From an uncultured Actinomycetota bacterium (lineage in GTDB: Bacteria > Actinomycetota > Actinomycetes > Actinomycetales > CAVURS01), in NCBI GenBank assembly GCA_963743975.1, contig CAVURS010000004.1, forward strand, positions 411,931 through 475,930: DNA of 64,000 nt. Reading direction: 5' to 3'. The translations under genes and the position numbers were made by a program. Numbering within the stretch: the stretch's first letter is position 1; each line of letters begins with the position of its first letter. The notes beneath the pieces were generated by a model. It was not told the origin of the DNA. It saw only the letters and a list, made by a program, of their open reading frames with translations, and did no database searches. Positions 39,805 through 47,102 of the stretch are shown here, piece after piece.

Positions 39805-40138
39805 TCAGAGGTGCTGCACGAGCTCGGCGAAGTCGTGCTCGTTGCGCTCGGCGCCGACGACCGCCCGCCAGGCCAGGACGATCATGAACGGGTAGGCGAG
39901 CACCCCGAGCAGCAGCCAGGGCAGCGGCACGCCGAGGACGTCGAAGCGTCCCGGTGGCCGGGACGAGGGCGAACAGCAGGGGCAGGCCGCCCAGCACCAC
40001 GGCGGCGATGGCGCAGACCGTGACGGCCAGCCGCCGCTGGGCGCGGACCAGGGCGTTGAGGTAGAGCTCGCCCAGCTCGGTCTGCTCGCCGATCTCCCGC
40101 GCGATCGGCCGGGTCGCCGTACGGCGCGGCGCGCCCAT
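39805..40138 (-). pseudogene. Small two-TM membrane protein preceding actP (DUF485/YjcH-like position); one frame break near 39950
   Basis: ATG 40138 opens MGAPRRTATRPIAREIGEQTELGELYLNALVRAQRRLAVTVCAIAAVVLGG.... The C-terminal part (PLPWLLLGVLAYPFMIVLAWRAVVGAERNEHDFAELVQHL) is in another frame. The stop lies 3 nt before the actP start. The family assignment rests on context, not on recognised motifs. Confidence 0.55.
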
Positions 40139-40179
40139 GCGGGGGCTGGTGACCCGAACCCGTTGCGGGACAGGCTCGT

Positions 40180-40915
40180 TCACGTCTCGAACTCGTCGTG
40201 TCCCGGCCGGAGCAGCCGCTCGCGCAGGTCGCGTCCGTGCCGGCGGCTGACCGGCAGGTACCGGCCGGCCACCCGAACGCTGTAGTGGCCGTCCTCGGAC
40301 CGCACCTCGTCGACGTGCCGCAGCGCGACCAGCGTGCGACCGGTGGACCCGGACGAAGCCGGCCGCCGCCCAGCGCTCCTCGAGGGTGGTGAGCGGCACC
40401 CGCAGCAGGTGGGCCGCCTCGCGCGTGTGCAGCCGTGCGTAGTCGCCCTGCGCCTCGACGTAGAGCACGTCCGAGCGGCGGACGAAGCGGGTGACGCCGC
40501 CGAGCTCGACGGGGATCGTCTCGTCGTCCGGCCGGGCCGTCGCGTCGCCCGCCGGGCCGTCGTCGGCGACCCGCCGGATGGCCTCGGCCAGGCGGCCGGA
40601 GCGCACCGGCTTCATCACGTAGTCCGTGGCGCGCAGCTCGAACGCGTCGACCGCGTGCTCGTCGTAGGCCGTGACGAAGACGACCTTGGGCGGGTGGGCG
40701 AACTGGGTGAGCACCCGGCCCAGGTCGAGCCCGTCCATGCCGGGCATCTTGATGTCGCAGAAGACCACGTCGACGGTGTGCTGGGCGAGCGTCCGCAGCG
40801 CCTCGGCGCCGGTGCTGGCGACGTGCACGTCGCCGATGCGGTCGTCGTTGCGCAGCAGGAAGGCGAGCTCGGACCGCGCGTGGGCCTCGTCGTCCACGAC
40901 GAGAGCGCGCAGCAT
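40180..40915 (-). pseudogene. LytR/AlgR (LytTR) family response regulator; one frame break near 40335
   Basis: The receiver domain runs from ATG 40915 (MLRALVVDDE...DVVFCDIKMPGMDG...VFVTAYDEHAV). The LytTR part is IPVELGGVTRFVRRSDVLYVEAQGDYARLHT.... The last ~50 aa (HLVALRHVDEV...HDEFET) are in a shifted frame. Confidence 0.85.
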
Positions 40916-40995
40916 GGGTCGGTCCGGGGCAGCTGCCGGCACAGCCGAACTGTACGGCGCTGCGCCCGGCCCGGCCGGGTGACGCGCAAAGGCGG

Positions 40996-42123
40996 CTACG
41001 ACGCGTGGACGCCGGCGGCGTACTTGGGCACGCGGAAGCTGACCTTGGTGCCCGCTCCCACGGCGGTCTCCACCACGAGCCCGTGGTCGTCGCCGAACAC
41101 CTGGCGCAGCCGGGCGTCGACGTTGGCCAGCCCCACGCTGTCCGAGGCGTCGGGGGCACCGGAGAGCGCGCGCCGGATCACCTCGGGGTCGGAGCCGGAC
41201 CCGTTGTCCTCCACCGAGATCCCGGCCTCGGTGCCCTCGTCGGTGGCGGTGATCGTGATCTGGCCCGGCGTGCCGACGCCCTCCAGCCCGTGCCGGACGG
41301 CGTTCTCCACCAGCGGCTGGATGGCGAGGAAGGGCACCGCGACGGGCAGCACCTCGGGCGCGACGAGCAGTGACACCACCAGCCGGTCGCCGAACCGGGC
41401 CTGCTCCAGCGCCAGGTACCGCTCCACGTTGCGCAGCTCCGCCGCCAGCGTCGTGAACTCCCCGCCCGCCCGGAAGGCGTAGCGGGTGAAGTCGGCGAAC
41501 TCCAGGAGGAGGTCCCGGGCCCGCTCGGGGTCGGTGCGGACGAACGAGGCGATCGCCGCCAGGGAGTTGTAGACGAAGTGCGGGCTGATCTGCGCCCTCA
41601 GCGCGCGCAGCTCGGCCTCGACCGTGCGGGTCCGGGCCTGGGCCAGCTCGGCCAGCTCCACCTGTCCGGAGACCCAGGCCGCCGTCTCCTCGGCGGCGCG
41701 CACCAGTGCGGCCGACGGAGCGTCGGGGACGTACGCCGCGAGGGCACCGACCACCGCCCCGTCGGTGACCAGCGGGGCGATCACGGCGCAGCTGATCGGG
41801 CACTCGGGATCGCTGCAGCGCAACGCATCTCGTCGCAGCACGGTCGTCCGTCCGGTACGCAGCGCCTGCTCGGCGTGAGCGACGGCCTGGGCCGCGTGGT
41901 GGTCCCCGGCCCCCTCCCAGGCCAGCGTGCGGTCGGTGTCCACGACGGCCACCGCCGCGGTGCCGAGCAGCTGCCGCAGATGCCGGGCCGCCCGCTGCGA
42001 CCCGTGCGCGGTGAGCCCCTCGCGGAGGTCGCGGGCGGCGGAGGAGGCGGTGTGCAGGGTGCGGAACGTCGCGTCGTCCGACAGCGGCGCGAGCCGGCGG
42101 CGGACGAACCGGGGCCGGCTCAT
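40996..42123 (-). CDS. LytS-type sensor histidine kinase without transmembrane segments (N-terminal GAF-like domain)
   Basis: 375 aa, intact. H-box: ISPHFVYNSLAAIASF. N-box: QPLVENAVRHG. G-boxes: VEDNGSG, GLANV. No hydrophobic helix lies upstream, and a divergent gene at 42203 leaves no room for a missing TM domain. Confidence 0.85.
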   Translation of the reverse strand: MSRPRFVRRRLAPLSDDATFRTLHTASSAARDLREGLTAHGSQRAARHLRQLLGTAAVAVVDTDRTLAWEGAGDHHAAQAVAHAEQALRTGRTTVLRRDALRCSDPECPISCAVIAPLVTDGAVVGALAAYVPDAPSAALVRAAEETAAWVSGQVELAELAQARTRTVEAELRALRAQISPHFVYNSLAAIASFVRTDPERARDLLLEFADFTRYAFRAGGEFTTLAAELRNVERYLALEQARFGDRLVVSLLVAPEVLPVAVPFLAIQPLVENAVRHGLEGVGTPGQITITATDEGTEAGISVEDNGSGSDPEVIRRALSGAPDASDSVGLANVDARLRQVFGDDHGLVVETAVGAGTKVSFRVPKYAAGVHAS

Positions 42124-42202
42124 CGGTGCCCGGTCACGTGGGCCCGGCCCGGTCGACGGTCGCCTGCGGGGTCATGCTCGGAGGGTAGTTACGCTCGGCG
42201 GC

Positions 42203-42508
42203 ATGTCCTACGGCTATCTCGGAAGCATGCGGACCCAGCCCGGTGAGCGCGACGAGGTGGTGAGCGCGTTGGTGGCGGGCTCCACCGCGCTCCGGGCGCA
42301 CGGCTGCCGCCTCTACCTGGTCAGCGTCGGCGACGACGACCCGGACCGGATCTGGGTCACCGAGGTCTGGGACTCCGCCGAGGCGCACGACGCGTCGCTG
42401 CGGCTGCCGGAGGTCCGGGCCGCGATCGCCGAGACGATGCCCCGGCTCACGGGCGAGTTCACCAGCCAGGAGCTGCATGTGGTCGGCGGCCTCGGCCTGG
42501 ACGGCTGA
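42203..42508 (+). CDS. Antibiotic biosynthesis monooxygenase (ABM) domain protein
   Basis: Inner ATG 42203 of ORF 41927..42508. About 101 aa with a ferredoxin-like pattern (YLVSVGDDDPDRIWVTEVWDSAEAHDASL). Confidence 0.7.
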   Translation: MSYGYLGSMRTQPGERDEVVSALVAGSTALRAHGCRLYLVSVGDDDPDRIWVTEVWDSAEAHDASLRLPEVRAAIAETMPRLTGEFTSQELHVVGGLGLDG

Positions 42509-42514
42509 CCGCTC

Positions 42515-43403
42515 GTGACGGCGGCCGTCCCCGGCCCGGTCTCGGCTCACCCGCTGGCGCCCCTGGTCGACCTGCCCGGTGTCGCGGAGGCGGTGGACGA
42601 GGCCCGCCAGGCCTGCACCGAGCTGCGCTGGCACCCCGCGCTGCGCCGCTCCACCGCACCGGCCCGGGCCGAGTCCGTCGTGCGCGCGGCCCGCGCCAGC
42701 GCCGCCCTCGACGGCGCGGACATCCCGCTGGACCGGGTGCGCGGGCTGGTGGCGGCGTCCGCCGAGCCGACGGGCGCTGAGCTCCCGAGCCGGGCGGACC
42801 CGGTGGACGAGGTCGTCGTCCGGGCCCTGCGCGTCACCGCGGCCGCCGGGGAGATCGGCGCGCTGCTGACCCGGGCTCCCGCCCAGGCCCTGGCCCGCCT
42901 GCAGCTCGCCGCGGCGGCGAGTCCCGCGGCCGACGAGGGGTCCGGTGTCGGCCGGCCCCGCGCCGGGGCCGACGCCCCGCGCGAGCTGCTCGACCTCGGG
43001 CCGGCGGCCTCCGGGCCGGAGCTCGACCACCGCCTGGAGCAGCTGACCGCGCTGCTGCTCGCACCGGGCCCGGTGCCCGGCCTCGTCCTGGCCGCGGTCG
43101 TCCACGGGGAGATCCTGGCCCTAAGACCCTTTACCTCCGGCAATGGTCTGGTCGCCCGGGCCGTCTCGCGGGCCCTGGTCGTCGACGGTGGTCTGGACCC
43201 GACCGGGGTCGCCGTGCCGGAGGTCGGTCTGGCCGCAGGCGGAGCGGGCTCAGTACGTCGGCGCGGCCGCGGCGTACGTCTCCGGTACGCCCGAGGGGAT
43301 GGCGACCTGGTTGCGGTACTGGGCCCGCGCGGTCGTGCTGGGAGCTCGCGAAGGCGGACTGGTGGCCGATGCCGTCCTGGCCGGCAAGCTGCCGTCGAGG
43401 TGA
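42515..43403 (+). pseudogene. Fic-like protein with degenerate active-site motif; one frame break near 43245
   Basis: ORF 42515..43495 contains LRPFTSGNGLVARA where Fic enzymes have HPFxxGNGRxxR. The C-terminus continues in ORF 43143..43403 (YVGAAAAYVSGTPEGMATWLRYWARAV...). Confidence 0.55.
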
Positions 43404-43413
43404 CGGAATCGTT

Positions 43414-44424
43414 TCAGTGGCAGGCCTTCTCGACGGCGGCGCCCAGCGGTGCCAGGACCACCTCGCGCAGGGAGTACGAGTCGGGCGCCGTCTGATCGGA
43501 GGAGGCGTCGCTCTCCGGTGAGCTGACCTGCATGCTCGCGCCCTCGGCCCAGTTCGTGAGGCGCCCGACGCTGTCGCAGCCGTCGACGCGGATCGTCAGG
43601 AACACGCTGATGCTGGCGCCGGCGGCCAGGACCAGCGGCGACCCCGGGCTGGTCACCAGCTCGAAGCCGTCGGACTCCAGCGTCGCGAACTGGATCCGCC
43701 GGGGGTTGGGCGTCCCGTTCGTCAGGACCAGTGCGGCGCCCACGGCGGAGGAGGTCTGCTCGACGAACACCCCGTCCACGCCGTTCTCCGTCCGGTCCGC
43801 GTTCGGCCGGGCGCAGACCTGGTTCAGCGCCAGCAGGAAGGAGTTGCCCAGCGAGGGGTCGGCCGAGTCGTCGATCACCACGCGCTGGTTCGGGTGGTCC
43901 GCGGCCGGGCTGCTGAACAGCACCTCGAGCGAGGCCTTGGCGTACGCCGAGGCGCAGTCCGGGTGCACCGCGACGTCCGTGCTGGTCGTGCGGCCGGGGC
44001 CGACCAGGACCGGGTCGGACGCCAGGAACGTCGCGGTGGCGAACCCCCGGTCGGTCCGCGGCACCAGCGTGTTGAGCCGGATCGGGTTCGGCCCCAGGTT
44101 GGCGACGTGCAGCTCCAGGATCGTGTGCGGGTCGGCCGGGCTGCTGCTGGCGTTCGGGCCGTCGTCGATGACCCAGGCCATCACCGGGGGCGTGGCCGCC
44201 AGCCGCGCCGCGGCGGCCCCCCGCGCCCGGTCGCCGCCGACCTGCCAGCCGACGGCGGCGGCCACGAGAGCGATGGCAGCCAGGGCCCAGCCCACCCGCC
44301 GCGACGTCTCGCTCAGGCGCCCGAGCCGCTCGGCGAGCGGCAGCGGGGGCGCAGCGGGCTCGGCCTCCGGCTCCTGCGAGAGCTCGCCGAGGTCGAAGTC
44401 GGCGACCGGCTGGTCGTGATCCAT
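43414..44424 (-). CDS. Hypothetical single-pass membrane protein
   Basis: ORF 43414..44481, with the inner ATG 44424 preferred (MDHDQPVADFDLGELSQEPEAE...). It has a TM helix (WALAAIALVAAAVGW) and then a ~260-aa extracytoplasmic domain with four Cys. I recognise no family. Confidence 0.55.
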   Translation of the reverse strand: MDHDQPVADFDLGELSQEPEAEPAAPPLPLAERLGRLSETSRRVGWALAAIALVAAAVGWQVGGDRARGAAAARLAATPPVMAWVIDDGPNASSSPADPHTILELHVANLGPNPIRLNTLVPRTDRGFATATFLASDPVLVGPGRTTSTDVAVHPDCASAYAKASLEVLFSSPAADHPNQRVVIDDSADPSLGNSFLLALNQVCARPNADRTENGVDGVFVEQTSSAVGAALVLTNGTPNPRRIQFATLESDGFELVTSPGSPLVLAAGASISVFLTIRVDGCDSVGRLTNWAEGASMQVSSPESDASSDQTAPDSYSLREVVLAPLGAAVEKACH

Positions 44425-44715
44425 GGTGGGACTCACTGTCGCGCAGACGACGACGCCCCGCCAGAGACGGAGCGTCGTCATCCCACGGCGTCGGGGCTAC
44501 CAATCGTCAAGCGCGTCGTCGCAGCGGGGCGAGCCCGCCATGACCGGTCCACTCGTGGACTGCCTTTGCGTGGGTACCTGTCTGCCGTGTGGTCTTGTCC
44601 GGACCCGGCCGTCACCGGACCCTGAGTCCTGTCTACTCCGCATCGGTCGCGTTGGGAACCCCTGAACCCCAAGCGGGTCAAGCCTTTCCGATCTCAGCCG
44701 GTCGTCGGCCGGTCG
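44425..44715 (-). ncRNA. Candidate structured non-coding RNA in the Ms1/MTS2823-equivalent position (hypothesis only)
   Basis: A 291-bp gap downstream of the HAD-IB gene has no convincing ORF, visibly lower GC and several local hairpins (for example GACGACGC/GCGTCGTC at 44449..44479 and GTCCGG/CCGGAC). The strand is assumed from the mycobacterial arrangement. Confidence 0.2.
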
Positions 44716-45609
44716 CTAGGCCGCCCGCGCCGTGCGCCGCCTGCTCGCCAGCCAGACCAGGACGGCCGCCGCCGTTCCGGCACCGACCGCAGCGACCGCC
44801 ATCGCCCTCCCGGCGGGGCGCAGGTCGGAGAAGCGCGAGCGCAGCGAGACCGGCACGGTGAAGTCCAGCACGGGCCAGCCGCGCTCGACGGCGACCCGGC
44901 GCAGGGCCTTGTCCGGGTTGACGGCGTGCGGATGTCCGACCGCCTCCAGCATCGGCAGGTCGGTGACCGAGTCGCTGTAGGCGAACGACCGCTCCAGGTC
45001 GTAGTGCTCGGTCCGGGCCATGGCCAGCACCGCCTCCGCCTTGGCCGGCCCGTAGACGTACGACTCGATCTCGCCGGTGTAGCGCCCGTCCTGGACGACC
45101 ATCGTGGTCGCGACCGCCTTGTCCGCCCCGAGCAGCTCGGCGATCGGCCCGACCACCTCGGCGCCGCTCGTGCTGACGATCACGACGTCGCGCCCGGCCA
45201 GGTGGTGCTCCTCGATCAGCTCGGCCGCCTCGGCGTACACCATCGGGTCGATCAGGTCGTGCAGCGTCTCGGCGACGATGTCCTTGACCTGCTGGACGTC
45301 CCACCCGGCGCACATGGCCGACAGGTAGGCCCGCATCCGCTCGATCTGGTCGTGGTCAGCTCCGCCCGCGAGGTAGACGAAGTGGGCGTAGGCGCTGCGC
45401 AGCACGGCCCGCCGGTTGATCAGGCCACCGCGGTAGAACGGCCGCGCGTACGCCAGGGTGCTGGAACGTGCGATGACCGTCCGGTCGAGGTCGAAGAACG
45501 CCGCCGTCCGCGCCGGACGACGTTCCGTGGCCGGGCCTGCCGGCGTGCTGGGTGAGCGGGACGGCGGCCATGAGCGCAGGATAGGCAGCGCCGCCCGGGC
45601 GCTCGTCAC
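44716..45609 (-). CDS. HAD-IB family hydrolase (SerB-like phosphatase) with C-terminal membrane anchor
   Basis: 297 aa. Motifs: AAFFDLDRTVI, VIVSTSG, YSDSVTDLPML. It has a hydrophobic C-terminal tail and is divergent from the tad locus, as Rv3661 is in my recollection. Confidence 0.85.
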   Translation of the reverse strand: MTSARAALPILRSWPPSRSPSTPAGPATERRPARTAAFFDLDRTVIARSSTLAYARPFYRGGLINRRAVLRSAYAHFVYLAGGADHDQIERMRAYLSAMCAGWDVQQVKDIVAETLHDLIDPMVYAEAAELIEEHHLAGRDVVIVSTSGAEVVGPIAELLGADKAVATTMVVQDGRYTGEIESYVYGPAKAEAVLAMARTEHYDLERSFAYSDSVTDLPMLEAVGHPHAVNPDKALRRVAVERGWPVLDFTVPVSLRSRFSDLRPAGRAMAVAAVGAGTAAAVLVWLASRRRTARAA

Positions 45610-45863
45610 TCCGGGTCACCCGCGGTGCCCCACGGAGTGGTGGAGCGGCTCGCCGGGTGACAAGGTTTGCCAGGACGAGCGCTGGGGGAGAGACTTTCTT
45701 ATGCCGGCTCTACGGAGCCGTGCCCCGCTCCGGCTCCTCCCCCCCGAGCCGGAGCGACAGACGGCCCCCGTTGTCCCCCCGACGGGGGCCGTCGCTACGC
45801 GCGGGGGGCTCCGGCCGCCGCCGTCTTCGGGTGCCTTGTCCCCAACCGGGCGGGTTCGTCGCA

Positions 45864-45874
45864 CCGTCCACAGC
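45864..45874 (+). promoter_or_regulatory. Single weaker copy of the TCCACAG motif (CCGTCCACAGC) upstream of the first tad operon
   Basis: Read directly. It lies 101 bp upstream of ATG 45975 in the same orientation as the downstream genes. Confidence 0.25.
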
Positions 45875-45974
45875 CGGCCGGTCGCGGCTCGTTCCGGTCG
45901 CCGCCGTGCCCCAGGTTGGAGCTCCCCACCCCACCTCGCGGGCCGCCCGGCCCGCCCGGCCCCGCGGAGCCCCC

Positions 45975-47102
45975 ATGCCGTCGTACGCCGTCCCTCCCGC
46001 CCCCGGCCGGTGGCCGGACGCACCGCCGGCGACCCTCGTCCTCACCCGCGACGCGGCCCTGACCGAGGTGCTGCACCGGCTGGCCGCCGTCGCCGGTGCC
46101 GAGCTGGACGTCCGCGACGAGCCCCCGGCGCTGGGCCGGTGGGCGGCCCCCGGCCTGGTCATCGTCGGGGCCGACCTCGTGGGCGCGGTGGCCGCACGGC
46201 TGCCGCGCCGTTCGGGGGTCGTGGTCGTCGGGCGGCAGGCCCCGCCCCGGGACGGGGCCGAGGACCGGCCGGGCAGCGACCTCTGGCGAGCCGCGATCGA
46301 GCTGGGCGCGGAGCGGGTGACGTTCCTCCCGGACGACGAGGACCACGTCGTCGAGGCGCTCGCCGAGCCGGCCGACCGGCGGCACCGGGCGGCCGTGGTG
46401 GCGGTCGTCGGCGGCAGTGGCGGTGCGGGAGCCTCCGTCCTGGCCACCGCGCTCGCCGTGGGCGCGGCCCGGCGCGGCCGCACCCTGCTCGCCGACCTGG
46501 ACCCGCTCGGCGGCGGCCTGGACCTCCTCGTGGGCGGCGAGCACCTGCCGGGGCTGCGCTGGCCGGAGCTGTCCGGCGCTCGCGGCCGCCTCGGAGGCGA
46601 CGTCCTGCGCGACGCGCTGCCCTGCCTGGACGGCCTGTCCGTGCTGTCGTGGGGCCGCGACCAGCCGCAGGCGGTGCCGGCCGAGGCGGCGGCCGCGGTG
46701 GCCGATGCGGCGCGCCGCGGGTTCGACGTGGTCGTCCTGGACCTGCCCCGGGCCGTCGAGCAGGTCGCTCCGGCCTGGCTCGGCAGCATCACGCTGGGGC
46801 TGCTCGTCGCACGGCCCACGGTGCGCTCGATCTGCGCCGCGGCCCGGGTGCTGCCCGAGCTCGACCGGTCGGCGCCGGAGGTGCGCCTGGTCGTCCGGAC
46901 CGATGGCGGTCACGGGGTGCCGGCCGACTCCGTCGCGGACACGTTGGGCCTGCCGCTGCTCGGGGAGCTCCGGCCCGAACCCGGCCTGCCGGCGGCGCTC
47001 GACCGCGGCGAGCCGCCGGGGCTGAGAGGCCGCTCTCCGCTCACCCGGCTGAGCGAACGGCTGCTGGACGACCTGGCCCGCGCCCACGCCGCCGCGGCAT
47101 GA
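45975..47102 (+). CDS. CpaE/Ssd-like ParA-family protein of the Tad locus (septum site-determining protein-like)
   Basis: Inner ATG 45975 of ORF 45657..47102. It has a degenerate P-loop (VVAVVGGSGGAGASVLATALA) and DLDPLGGGLDLL, which is typical of actinobacterial helicase/secretion-neighbourhood CpaE-like proteins. Confidence 0.8.
   Translation: MPSYAVPPAPGRWPDAPPATLVLTRDAALTEVLHRLAAVAGAELDVRDEPPALGRWAAPGLVIVGADLVGAVAARLPRRSGVVVVGRQAPPRDGAEDRPGSDLWRAAIELGAERVTFLPDDEDHVVEALAEPADRRHRAAVVAVVGGSGGAGASVLATALAVGAARRGRTLLADLDPLGGGLDLLVGGEHLPGLRWPELSGARGRLGGDVLRDALPCLDGLSVLSWGRDQPQAVPAEAAAAVADAARRGFDVVVLDLPRAVEQVAPAWLGSITLGLLVARPTVRSICAAARVLPELDRSAPEVRLVVRTDGGHGVPADSVADTLGLPLLGELRPEPGLPAALDRGEPPGLRGRSPLTRLSERLLDDLARAHAAAA

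Noticed and set aside
37988-41803. 1271-aa minus-strand ORF suggesting one giant protein
   Set aside because: It is a chimeric read-through. The same frame happens to be open across the actP C-terminus, the N-terminus of the small membrane protein, most of the LytTR regulator and out-of-frame kinase sequence. Recognisable domains start and stop at independent start and stop codons once the frame breaks are accounted for.
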